Source: a bacterium
Lineage (GTDB): Bacteria > SM23-31
Length of the DNA stretch: 64,000 bases
Assembly (NCBI GenBank): GCA_965249485.1
Contig: OZ252239.1
Location: 2,400,001-2,464,000, forward strand
Direction: 5' to 3'
Below are positions 42,664 to 52,337 of the stretch, piece by piece (position 1 is the first letter of the stretch; the number at the start of each line of letters is the position of its first letter). The notes under the pieces are model-generated. The model was not told where the DNA came from. It did no database searches and saw nothing but the letters and a program-made list of their open reading frames with translations. The translations under genes and the position numbers were made by a program.

Positions 42664-44256
42664 ATGAAAAAATCGTGTACTGATTATGATGGTCTGGTAG
42701 AGTTATATCATGAATTTCGTGAGTTTATAAAACCTGAGGTTGTTGACGGAGTACCCGATTTCACAGTTGCCGCCATGGAAAAGCAATATAGCGGATTACA
42801 ACAGCTCCAAAAGCGTCTTGTTGCAATAGAAATGAGTGATTGGAGTGTGGAACATCAAGTTGATTTCCATGTGGTTCGCGCGGAAATGAACGGTGTAGAA
42901 TTCGACCATCGGGTTCTTCGGCAGTGGGCCCGTGATCCCGGCTTTTACAATCTAACCGACGGTATATATCCCAGGCTCCTTGTTCACCATTCGAGAAGTT
43001 TGTCTAACTGGGGGCTGTATAAACCGGAAGTTCCTCTCCCGGAAAGCGGTATTGCTGATTTCAGGAAGAAGCTGCAAACGGTTCCGAAGCTTTTTGCTCA
43101 GGCAAAGATAAATCTCACAGAAGCTGCAGGAGATCTCGCAACGGTCGCTATTCGTGTCAAAGAAAAAGATATCGAGATGCTCAACCGATTTCGGGTACAG
43201 TTTGCTGAGCATCACCCCGAGCTTGTTCCTTATGTTGATCAGGCAGTGGCCGCTACTGAGGATTTTCGTGACTGGCTTATAGCAAACAAGGATACAATGA
43301 CTGCACCTGCCGGAGTTGGGAAGGAGAACTATAACTGGTGGATGAAAAATGTCCATCTCATTCCCTATGCATGGGATGAGTTTCATACGATGATCCAGAG
43401 TGAATATAATCGAGCAATATCCTTTTTGAAGTTGGAAGAGCACAACAACCGGAAACTTCCGGATTTTACATTGACATCAAGCGAAGAGGAAAATATTCGG
43501 CGGCAGAGAGAAACTGCCGAAAAAGTCATGAATTTTCTCCGTGAAGAAGAGATCATAACAGTTCCTGAGGACCTCCCGCCACTTCCGCCTGACCAATATC
43601 CGCGAATGTGGGGTATGAGCGCCTATCTCAGGCCAAACTATCGTGGTTATTTTGAACAGACCAACGATCGTGAACCGATGTGTAATATTCTTCATGTTAT
43701 TTTTAGCCATTATTATGTCGGCGGAAGAAAGATATGGTACCAGGCGGGTGACACACGGCCAATTCGAAGCGATATTCGTCTTTATGATATGCATGAAGCC
43801 AGATCCGAAGCTTTGGGATTCGGTGTTGAAGAGTGGCTGATGCAGTCATGTTTATTCGATGATCGACCGAGATCGAGAGAGATTACTTATATCTGGATGG
43901 CATTTCGTACGGCTCGGGCATTGTCAGACTTAAAAATGCACAGCAACGAGTATACCTTAGAAGAAGGACGTAAGAATTTTGCTGAATTACTTCCCCATCC
44001 ATGGGCAGGCGAGGACAGTGATGCGGTGTGGTGGGACACTGAAGAGACACTGCGCGCACCGGGTCACAGTTCGAATTACACAGTTGGAAAGAATATGATA
44101 CAGCAGCTTATGGCAGACAGGTCGAGACAGTTAGGTGACACATTCACAATTCGACAATTCTTTGATGATTTCATGAAAGGAGGTATCATCCCGATTTCCC
44201 TGACACGGTGGGAGTTGACTGGTCTCGAAGATCAGATGAAGTTCCTTCTCAATTAA
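42664..44256 (+). CDS. DUF885-like protein copy B (no evident signal peptide; HVxxxH motif)
   Basis: Collinear with copies A and C; LHVIFSH...SEALG. Confidence 0.7.
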   Translation: MKKSCTDYDGLVELYHEFREFIKPEVVDGVPDFTVAAMEKQYSGLQQLQKRLVAIEMSDWSVEHQVDFHVVRAEMNGVEFDHRVLRQWARDPGFYNLTDGIYPRLLVHHSRSLSNWGLYKPEVPLPESGIADFRKKLQTVPKLFAQAKINLTEAAGDLATVAIRVKEKDIEMLNRFRVQFAEHHPELVPYVDQAVAATEDFRDWLIANKDTMTAPAGVGKENYNWWMKNVHLIPYAWDEFHTMIQSEYNRAISFLKLEEHNNRKLPDFTLTSSEEENIRRQRETAEKVMNFLREEEIITVPEDLPPLPPDQYPRMWGMSAYLRPNYRGYFEQTNDREPMCNILHVIFSHYYVGGRKIWYQAGDTRPIRSDIRLYDMHEARSEALGFGVEEWLMQSCLFDDRPRSREITYIWMAFRTARALSDLKMHSNEYTLEEGRKNFAELLPHPWAGEDSDAVWWDTEETLRAPGHSSNYTVGKNMIQQLMADRSRQLGDTFTIRQFFDDFMKGGIIPISLTRWELTGLEDQMKFLLN

Positions 44257-44507
44257 CCGGTCATATTAAAATTGTTATCTCGAAGTCCGGTACTGGCCGG
44301 CGAACCCAAAGTCGAACCGGTACTTCTGCCTGAATGTGCAAAACCGGTTCCGCGATCAGTTCTCATAAACCATCACGATTTTGAGATTATGAAGCTGCCC
44401 CTTGTTAGTATAATAATTTTTCTTTTTAATTGTATGGCTGTGGGGTTGTTAATTAGTGTATTTGTATGGATCTTAATATAAGATCCGCAACGCAATTCTC
44501 TATGACT

Positions 44508-44579
44508 GCAATAATTGTCCCTGAGCGAGGAGTTGAGATTCTCTATCCACTAATTAGTTAGATACGATTAATTTGTTAA
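44508..44579 (+). pseudogene. relic 3' end of a seventh M24 paralog
   Basis: AIIVPERGVEILYPLIS*IRLIC* versus VVVTERGVEFLYPPIKQIRLIR* at the end of paralog 4. Confidence 0.75.
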
Positions 44580-44653
44580 TAATAAACTTTGCTAATAATT
44601 TTCAAATATGGTTAAAGAATATAACTTAATTTCAATTGAATGGAACTAATATT

Positions 44654-46291
44654 ATGATTAATAAAAAATATTTAGCTGCTGTCTATACTATATTTATCTG
44701 CATAACAGTACTTCATTGCGCAGTAGAGAATCGGCAGAATGCTGTGGTAGAAAGTACTAATTATGATGACCTTATCAGTCTCTTTAATGAATTTCGAGAA
44801 TTCCAGCAACCGGAATCCATCGATGGTGTGCCCGATTTTTCTGCCGCTGCAATGGGAGATAAATACCGCAATTTGCAGGCATATCAGAACCGTCTAAACG
44901 CGATAGACCCAACAGGATGGCCCATACCGCAAAAGTCGGATTACCTCCTTGTGCGTGCAGAAATGAATGGGTATGAATTCCAGCACCGGGTTCTTAGGCC
45001 ATGGTCGATCGATCCCGGATATTATAATGATGTCATATCCAGATACAGCCGTTCGGGGAATCAGCCGCTTCAAGGGAGTGCTCTTTCCGAAATGCAGAAA
45101 AAACTTCAGATTGTCCCTGAGATATTAGAACAGGCAAAGGAAAACCTCAATAACTTTTCGGAGATAGCAGGTGACCTCGGTACCCTTGCTGTTTTATCAC
45201 TTGGGGATACGAAAGCATCATTCGAATCTCTTGCGGGTGGACTGTCTGAACATAATCCCGAACTTATATCTCATGTGGAGACAATATTGGTGGCAATCGA
45301 TGACTATATCAACTGGATCGAGACAAATAAGATTAAAATGACCGCGCGGGCAGGAGTTGGCAAAGAAAATTACAACTGGCTGCTCAAAAACGTTTACCTT
45401 TTTCCATATACGTGGGAAGATGTCCGTACAATCGTTGAACTTGAAGATAACCGTGTGAGAACTTTTCAGCGCCTCGAAGAAAATAGAAACCGTAACGTTC
45501 CTCCGCTTATACCTGATAGATCGCAGAATGAATACAGGGACGGAATCTATGAAGCTGTTGACCATATTATGAATTTTCTCGACAAAGAAGAAATTTTCAG
45601 TCTGGATAATATCACTGTGCCTGACAGTTATTACGATTCTCGCATTGCGGGAAAGGGATATGGACCAGACAAACCGTGGCCGGAAAAGCAAGATTACTTT
45701 TTTAATTTCTCACATCGGGAAGCAGTAATGGAAAATACACACGAATTGGTTGGTCACCTTTTCGATGAAATGAGATCGGGAAATGACGACCGGCCAATAA
45801 GAGGAGGCAGACATCCATATAAAATTGGAACCGCCCGAGGGGAAGGATTTGCCTTTGCACTTGAAGAGCTTTTGATGCATGCCGGTTATCTGGATGGTCG
45901 TAATGCTCATGGAAGAGAGATCACCTATGAACAGGCTGCATTCCGAACGGTCCGGGCGCTTTCAGACATCTACATGCACAGCGGAGACTGGAACTACGCA
46001 GATGCGACACAGTTCTGTATTGACAATGCTCCGCATGGAGAATTGCTTGAAGGCAGTCACCATTTGTGGTATGAGCTGGATACGACGCTGCGGGGAGTTG
46101 GCCATCATATGCTTATGGTTCTCGGAAAGGTCCAGTTTATGAAGCTTTTTCGGGATCGTGCAAATCAACTCGGAGACAACTTCGTTTTTAAAGATTTTAT
46201 GGATGAAGTATTAGCAACAGGGTCGATACCATGGTCGCTTATACGATGGGAGTTGACCGGCCTGGATGATGAAGTCAAAAAATTGTGGTAA
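44654..46291 (+). CDS. DUF885-like exported protein copy C
   Basis: Signal peptide with Cys; HELVGH...GEGFA. Confidence 0.7.
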   Translation: MINKKYLAAVYTIFICITVLHCAVENRQNAVVESTNYDDLISLFNEFREFQQPESIDGVPDFSAAAMGDKYRNLQAYQNRLNAIDPTGWPIPQKSDYLLVRAEMNGYEFQHRVLRPWSIDPGYYNDVISRYSRSGNQPLQGSALSEMQKKLQIVPEILEQAKENLNNFSEIAGDLGTLAVLSLGDTKASFESLAGGLSEHNPELISHVETILVAIDDYINWIETNKIKMTARAGVGKENYNWLLKNVYLFPYTWEDVRTIVELEDNRVRTFQRLEENRNRNVPPLIPDRSQNEYRDGIYEAVDHIMNFLDKEEIFSLDNITVPDSYYDSRIAGKGYGPDKPWPEKQDYFFNFSHREAVMENTHELVGHLFDEMRSGNDDRPIRGGRHPYKIGTARGEGFAFALEELLMHAGYLDGRNAHGREITYEQAAFRTVRALSDIYMHSGDWNYADATQFCIDNAPHGELLEGSHHLWYELDTTLRGVGHHMLMVLGKVQFMKLFRDRANQLGDNFVFKDFMDEVLATGSIPWSLIRWELTGLDDEVKKLW

Positions 46292-46340
46292 ATTTCATAT
46301 CGTAAATTTTAAATAGTAGAGTTCAATAGAGGAGAATTTC

Positions 46341-47813
46341 ATGATATTACGGGTAATTTCATTATTTGTTTCTGTGATGTTCATTGTTTCTACTGCCATT
46401 GCACAGCAGGCGTTACCAGCGCGTACTGCGGAGACCGACGCGGAAGCTGTTCGTCTTATGAGAAATGAAAAACTAAACCTTATTCTGCCGGGAGCAATGC
46501 GCGACAATAAAGTTGATATGTGGATTCATGTCACGCGCAGCGGAAACCCTGATCCAATGGCTCAATTTTTTGGAAGAACCTCCGGTTATTTGGTATTTAC
46601 GGACCTGGGAGATAAAATTGAGCGGGCTGTGTTTGGTGAAGCAGGAGCTGTTGCAATTATTGACATTCGCGGCTCTGATGATTTTGCACGGGCTATTGGT
46701 CCTCAGGGTGAAGGATTTCGTGTGGATGAAGGGTATGGCGAAGAGGCTGGATATATTTATATACCTTATCCCAGAGAAGATCCAAATGTCTACGATGAAT
46801 TCAGAGATTTTGTTGCTGAACGTGATCCACAAACAATTGCAGTCAATACATCGGCTTGGATTGTCCAGGCAGATGGGATTTCATATTCCGATTATTTAAA
46901 ATTAGAAAAAATTATTGGACCTAAATACTCTTCAAGAATTGTATCTGCAGAGAATGTTATTTCAGATTTTGTGATAAGAAGAACGAGCAGGGAAGTTGCG
47001 GCGCAGGTTGAAGTATTGGCATTGGCACGTCAAAGGGCAAAGCAAAGATTATCTCAGGTTATACCGGGTAAAACGACGGTAGCGGATATAAATGCCCGGG
47101 TTTACTATTCAGCAGTAAATACTCCCGATAAAACAGTTGAAATTTCTCCACCTGATGTCAGATGGTTTATTCATAACCCTGACTATGTAATTCAGCGAGG
47201 TGATTTTTTTGTTGGCGGCAGTGGCAGTCCCGGGGGTGACTACATGGGATTTGGAGTTGATACTAAAATTCATGCCTATATTTTGAGAGAGGGGGAAACG
47301 AAAGTTCCTGACTTCCTGCAGAGGGTCTATGATAAGGCGATAGCAGGTCAATGGATTTTGCGGGATCATATGAAGGTCGGTATGACCGCCAAGGAATCCC
47401 TGGATGCAATGGTCAGAGCGATGGAAGAGGAAGGCTATATATATACACCTTTTTTAAATTCACGTGGAGTGACTGCTGACGGCAAGAACACATTAGACTA
47501 TCTGATAGTACAAAAAGCACTCGCTGGTAAAGAGACAGATGTTGCAGGATTTTCCATTGATAATCACAGTTTTGGTAATGCGGGCATGGGTAACGGAATT
47601 ATAGGGCCATCTATGTCTGGTTTTCGTCCGGACACACATCATTTAAAAATTCAGGAGAATCATCTCTTTGCATTTGAATATATGGTTCATATGAACATTG
47701 ATGAACGTCCCGGTTATCCACTATGCTTAAACATATCTAATCCACAAATTATTACCAGCCGGGGAGTTGAATTTATTCAACCACCAAATGAGGAGATTTT
47801 CCTGATCAAATGA
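46341..47813 (+). CDS. secreted M24-fold paralog 5
   Basis: Long near-identical blocks shared with paralogs 1 and 2. Confidence 0.8.
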   Translation: MILRVISLFVSVMFIVSTAIAQQALPARTAETDAEAVRLMRNEKLNLILPGAMRDNKVDMWIHVTRSGNPDPMAQFFGRTSGYLVFTDLGDKIERAVFGEAGAVAIIDIRGSDDFARAIGPQGEGFRVDEGYGEEAGYIYIPYPREDPNVYDEFRDFVAERDPQTIAVNTSAWIVQADGISYSDYLKLEKIIGPKYSSRIVSAENVISDFVIRRTSREVAAQVEVLALARQRAKQRLSQVIPGKTTVADINARVYYSAVNTPDKTVEISPPDVRWFIHNPDYVIQRGDFFVGGSGSPGGDYMGFGVDTKIHAYILREGETKVPDFLQRVYDKAIAGQWILRDHMKVGMTAKESLDAMVRAMEEEGYIYTPFLNSRGVTADGKNTLDYLIVQKALAGKETDVAGFSIDNHSFGNAGMGNGIIGPSMSGFRPDTHHLKIQENHLFAFEYMVHMNIDERPGYPLCLNISNPQIITSRGVEFIQPPNEEIFLIK

Positions 47814-47820
47814 GCATGAA

Positions 47821-47990
47821 GGTTCTCAAATCGTACAGTCCGGGGAGTAGAAAATACTTGTAATAACAGGATGCATACCTTATTATTCATATTATAATTA
47901 CTAAAACATTCTGACCAAGTATATCACATATTTAAAAAGCCACATATTCCAACAAAAATCTCTATTATTCTCTTTTAGATAATAGATATG
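47821..47990 (+). repeat. intergenic repeat, copy 1
   Basis: AAATCGTACAGTCCG...TACTTGTA...TCTGACCAAGTA. Confidence 0.8.
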
Positions 47991-48092
47991 ATAGATATCG
48001 GATTAGTGTTATAAAAAGTTGTAAAACAATAGAACTTTCGTATATCTTACGGGGAATAATTTTACTGGAATTAATTAATTGGAGGAATTGAA

Positions 48093-49313
48093 ATGTTTAC
48101 TAAAAATGCTTTTTATTACTTATGTGCTTGTTGTGTCTTTATTGGGTTGTCCGTTTTAAATTCGTCTCCGGTGAAAGCTCAAAGTCCGCCGGATTGGCCG
48201 GATATCGATATTTCCCGATCTCCGGACGGTATTGTTCCCATGCCCGATAATGTGCATGAGGTGTTCAAGGTGTTCGATAGATATACGAAGGTAATTACCC
48301 CGAGCGGTAAAGCAATCCACATGGTCATTGCACCGGGATATTCGAACCGTCAGACAGTATATGCCCGCAAAGTTCTGGTCAATCACCTGACCGGTGTTGC
48401 AGGTACGAAATATGGAGAAAAACGGGATAAAATTGCGGTTGCGAATGCAATATCGGCCAATAATTCAGTCTTAACCTTTTACCCTGATACCGAAATGCAT
48501 CAAAGACACCGACCGAATCTGCGGGCGGCAGGTGTTCTCAGTCAGGACCTACGGGCATATGAAGCTATTCTGGAAGGTGTAGCGGAATATATCGACCAGG
48601 AAAACCCGACCCGCGATGCGTCGTATGAAGAGATCATGCATTTTGTCCAGGGAAAGGGTCTCAGGTTTGCACATCCTACCTTTATTCGCGATTTGAATGA
48701 TGCACACGATAAAGCACGGGCAAAAGGTCTATACAACCGGAACACAACGAGCGAATACTGGATCTGCGGGTTTGAAGCCTATTTTGATATGTGGAGACAT
48801 GACCCGACAGGTGAAGGGACACGGGGAGGAGAATATATTCCCCTGGATAACTTTAAGTTGAAAGCTCTTGATCCGGCAATGTACGAGCTTGTCGAAAACT
48901 ATTTGGGCACACATTGGTTGTATACTGCAGAAATTGTTGATGAATTTGACGGTACGTTTTCATTGACCCATGACGAGAATTTAACGTATACCAATAAATC
49001 TCAGTTTCTCAGAAAAGCCATGCTGACCGGGGATAATGATTCAAATCTGACCGGGAATGATGAAGACAACAACCTGTTCGGCAACAGCGGTGATAATGTA
49101 ATGACACCAATGGCAGGTTCGGATGTTGTAGACGGCGGTCCGGGTAATGACACAGCCACTTTTCCCGGTGACCGAAGGGATTATGTCGTGCATGAACAGG
49201 ACGGAAGGGTTGTTGTCGAAGGCACAGATTTTATGCGGGATGGTTATAATATCCTTATTAATATTGAAAAGCTTCAGTTTAATGACAGAGAAATTAATGT
49301 TAGGGATTTATAG
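48093..49313 (+). CDS. secreted zincin-like protein with C-terminal RTX-type Ca-binding repeats
   Basis: YEEIMH...EYW; GNDEDNNLFGNSGDN...DGGPGND. Confidence 0.6.
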   Translation: MFTKNAFYYLCACCVFIGLSVLNSSPVKAQSPPDWPDIDISRSPDGIVPMPDNVHEVFKVFDRYTKVITPSGKAIHMVIAPGYSNRQTVYARKVLVNHLTGVAGTKYGEKRDKIAVANAISANNSVLTFYPDTEMHQRHRPNLRAAGVLSQDLRAYEAILEGVAEYIDQENPTRDASYEEIMHFVQGKGLRFAHPTFIRDLNDAHDKARAKGLYNRNTTSEYWICGFEAYFDMWRHDPTGEGTRGGEYIPLDNFKLKALDPAMYELVENYLGTHWLYTAEIVDEFDGTFSLTHDENLTYTNKSQFLRKAMLTGDNDSNLTGNDEDNNLFGNSGDNVMTPMAGSDVVDGGPGNDTATFPGDRRDYVVHEQDGRVVVEGTDFMRDGYNILINIEKLQFNDREINVRDL

Positions 49314-49343
49314 TCTATAAGACGAAATATTCGGATACTCCAA

Positions 49344-50789
49344 ATGTTCACCCGACAAGTTTTTTTTACAATCATATCTTTGACCTTATTTCTGGGCTCC
49401 TGTAGTTCGGAAACGACCGAATCAATATCGACTGATACGGCTATGACTAATGTTCAGGCTCGGGGAGAAGACGATCTAAAGGAATTGATTAATCAAATTC
49501 GCCGGGACAAGTTTGACCTGATCCTGCCACAAATCATGCGGGAGAACAATATTGACATGTGGATTCAAGTGATGAGAGAAGGTAGTCCTGATCCCATGAG
49601 AGATGAATTGGGCAGCAACAACGGTATTTTCATCTTTACAGACCGCGGCGGCGACAGGATCGAACGGGCGGTTATCGGTCATAGATGGAAAAGTTCCGAT
49701 CAAAGTTTAGTTAGAACTCCATATTTGGATGTGGTTCGAGAATGTGGGGCCTACGACATAATCGCCGAAGAATTTTCACGGATCGAAATGCCTGGAGGCC
49801 CGAAAACAGAATTTGATCACAGATTTAAGGGCGTCGGAGAATTTGTTGCCGAACGTGACCCCAAACGCATTGGTGTAAATTACCTGGAAAAGCTGGGACC
49901 TCCCGTGGAGTATGAGATTCCAAGGTTACGATCCGATGGCATTTCGTATACGGATTACAACCTATTGGTCAAAGCACTCGGTGATAATTATGCGAAGAGG
50001 ATTGTCTCGGCTGAATATCTGATATATGATTACTTGTCGAGACCGGTGCCGAGCGAAATTGCAATGTTTAAGAATATACGTAAGTTGATCGCAGAATCTT
50101 TAGAGAATGATTTTGCTAAAATCGTGTCGGGTGTAACCAAATTGAGCTTTCCTGAGGGAGGTGGTTCTGTCGTGGATAAGGACGGAAATAGAAGAAGTGG
50201 TGACTCTGTGATACAGGGAGGTGACCTAATTAGAATAGCCAAGGGTCGACAAAGCCACCACTATTTGGACTCCGAGTGGAAATTCGCAAACTTCTATGAG
50301 ATCATGCATGGATACGGCTATGTGCTCCGAGAAGGAGAGACCGAACCGCCCCCAAAGATAAAAAAAATCTGGGCAGATGCACTGAAAGTCCGTAAGATAT
50401 TAGAAGAGAACATCAAGGTTGGCCGTACCGGTGGCGAAACATTTGAAATCCTCAAGCGAAAAGTTGAAGAAGCAGGCTTTATTTATGTAAATAGACAAAT
50501 ATACAACAAGGATCTTGATCCTGAAAAAACCCAGGTTCCTCTCGACTTACATGCCGCGGGAAAAGGAGTGTATGCCCCCAGGATTAGTCCTTTAGGTCCG
50601 GATTGGCAACGGAATTTGACACTCCAACTCAATCACCACTTCTATTTTGAATACTGGGTCTATATGCCAATGCCTGAATGGGGTGAAGGAAGATATTTAT
50701 CTTTACCATTTCATGACGGTGCGATTGTCACCGAACGTGGAGTCGAGTATTTTTCTCCACCACCTACGGAGCTTCGTCTTATTCGATAA
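49344..50789 (+). CDS. M24-fold lipoprotein paralog 6
   Basis: LGSC lipobox; MRENNIDMWI, ERDPKRIGVN, TERGVEY. Confidence 0.8.
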   Translation: MFTRQVFFTIISLTLFLGSCSSETTESISTDTAMTNVQARGEDDLKELINQIRRDKFDLILPQIMRENNIDMWIQVMREGSPDPMRDELGSNNGIFIFTDRGGDRIERAVIGHRWKSSDQSLVRTPYLDVVRECGAYDIIAEEFSRIEMPGGPKTEFDHRFKGVGEFVAERDPKRIGVNYLEKLGPPVEYEIPRLRSDGISYTDYNLLVKALGDNYAKRIVSAEYLIYDYLSRPVPSEIAMFKNIRKLIAESLENDFAKIVSGVTKLSFPEGGGSVVDKDGNRRSGDSVIQGGDLIRIAKGRQSHHYLDSEWKFANFYEIMHGYGYVLREGETEPPPKIKKIWADALKVRKILEENIKVGRTGGETFEILKRKVEEAGFIYVNRQIYNKDLDPEKTQVPLDLHAAGKGVYAPRISPLGPDWQRNLTLQLNHHFYFEYWVYMPMPEWGEGRYLSLPFHDGAIVTERGVEYFSPPPTELRLIR

Positions 50790-50790
50790 A

Positions 50791-50950
50791 GGTTCGAAAA
50801 TCGTACAGCCCGGAGAGTAAATATTACTTGTAAAAGCCAAATGTATATTTTTACGTTTATATCAAAGTAACCAGTACGGTCTGACTAAGTACATCACATC
50901 TTAAAAGAGCGTCATATTTCATACACAATCCATATTAATCTCTTTTAGAG
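50791..50950 (+). repeat. intergenic repeat, copy 2
   Basis: AAATCGTACAGCCCG...TACTTGTA...TCTGACTAAGTA. Confidence 0.8.
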
Positions 50951-50992
50951 TATTGATATGGGGAATATATTCTAATTGAAGGAGATTCAAAT

Positions 50993-51895
50993 ATGTCTAC
51001 CCGACAAGTTTTTTTTACAATCATATCTTTGACCTTTTTTCTGGGCTCCTGTAGTTCAGAAACTGCTGAATCGGTAGCGACAGATGTGGGAAAGACCCAT
51101 CATGGGGGATGTGTCATGCTTTCACGAGCGACTACAGCTCCAAATGATCTGTATTTAAATACTGGCGTCGTCCCGACAGACGAATACCCACCGTTCACGA
51201 AAAAAATCACGGTCTACGGCTATACCCTGGTAGCCCGGGATGACATTACAGATGATTTTATGCTGAGAGTGGCTAAAACTATCACAGAAATGTTTCCGCT
51301 GGGAAGCACTATTGACAGTGCGCTTCAGGAAGAGTTTATCAGGAACATGTATGAGTACAGAGCATTGATTCCTCTCTATAATGGAAGAAATCGTTTCACC
51401 TCTCCCGAAGATCAGGCGGCGTGGAATGTAACAAGAAGTCAGAATAGCGTATGCGACGTAATAATGGATAATGAAGTCGGACGACAGGTGATGGAAGTAG
51501 TTGAGCACATCTTACACTATGCAAATGACGTAGGACTTCACTATACTTTTCCCGAGGAATGGGCTGTTGCAAGCGGCTCGAAACTTCATCAAATGATGCT
51601 GGAAGCGGTAGAAAAGGGGTATTATGATGACACATCATACGATAGAATTGAAGATGAAGAACGCCGGTTAAGGGTTAAACTACAGGAGTTCGGATATTTG
51701 ATCATCACTACTGCCTGGGACCTCCAGGTGCCTTATGCAGGAGGAGGAGATGAATGGACAGAAGGTGGAACGATAACAAATGGGGACGAACTGAAGGAAA
51801 AGATGCCTCTGCTGTATGAGATGTACGAACAGACAGTTTCGAAGATTATGGTGTCACCAAGTCGATCACTGCTCGATGAATTGTTTGGTTCTTAA
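50993..51895 (+). CDS. lipoprotein, zincin-like hypothetical
   Basis: LGSC lipobox; VEHILH...QEFGY; distant similarity to 48093. Confidence 0.5.
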   Translation: MSTRQVFFTIISLTFFLGSCSSETAESVATDVGKTHHGGCVMLSRATTAPNDLYLNTGVVPTDEYPPFTKKITVYGYTLVARDDITDDFMLRVAKTITEMFPLGSTIDSALQEEFIRNMYEYRALIPLYNGRNRFTSPEDQAAWNVTRSQNSVCDVIMDNEVGRQVMEVVEHILHYANDVGLHYTFPEEWAVASGSKLHQMMLEAVEKGYYDDTSYDRIEDEERRLRVKLQEFGYLIITTAWDLQVPYAGGGDEWTEGGTITNGDELKEKMPLLYEMYEQTVSKIMVSPSRSLLDELFGS

Positions 51896-51946
51896 CGGTG
51901 TAATTCTCAGTGTGTTCTTTATAGCGATAGATATGCGATAGAAAAC

Positions 51947-52060
51947 GGCTCGCAAATCGTACAGTCCGCGGAGAAAAAAATACTTGTATTGACAAAATGA
52001 ATACCCTGTTATATAATTCAAACATATCAAAGTAACCAGCACCCTCTGACCAAGTACACC
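51947..52060 (+). repeat. intergenic repeat, copy 3, containing a consensus sigma70 promoter
   Basis: TTGACA (51989-51994), 17 nt, TATAAT (52012-52017). Confidence 0.8.
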
Positions 52061-52225
52061 ATAGTTATATAGTTGTCTTCGTTAAACACGAAACAAAATT
52101 TTTGCTTTTTTTGAAAATTGAATGGTGATTTGTCAAGTTATTCTTATATCAGGTTTGTATACAGGGCTGGTTAAAATTGTTCCAATCTGAAAATGTGAAT
52201 TTCTTAAGGCAATACAATTTTCAAT

Positions 52226-52263
52226 AAAAAAAGGACAATGCTATCAACCACTTAGCACTGTCC
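52226..52263 (-). terminator. intrinsic terminator for the 52338 gene
   Basis: A-run followed by GGACAaTGCTA...TAGCAcTGTCC on the + strand. Confidence 0.55.
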
Positions 52264-52337
52264 AAATTTAAGAGTGTAAACAGGTTCTCTGCTAAATTAA
52301 GCACTAATAATCAATAGGGAATCTTTACATATATGCT

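Noticed and set aside
44272..44481. 69-aa ORF / GC-rich patch
   Set aside because: No RBS or recognisable motif in the frames examined; probably debris
18668..50789. Diversity-generating retroelement behind the paralog similarity
   Set aside because: No reverse transcriptase in the window, and differences are not adenine-specific
47821..52060. Integron attC sites
   Set aside because: No clear RYYYAAC...GTTRRRY ends or long palindrome, and no IntI gene
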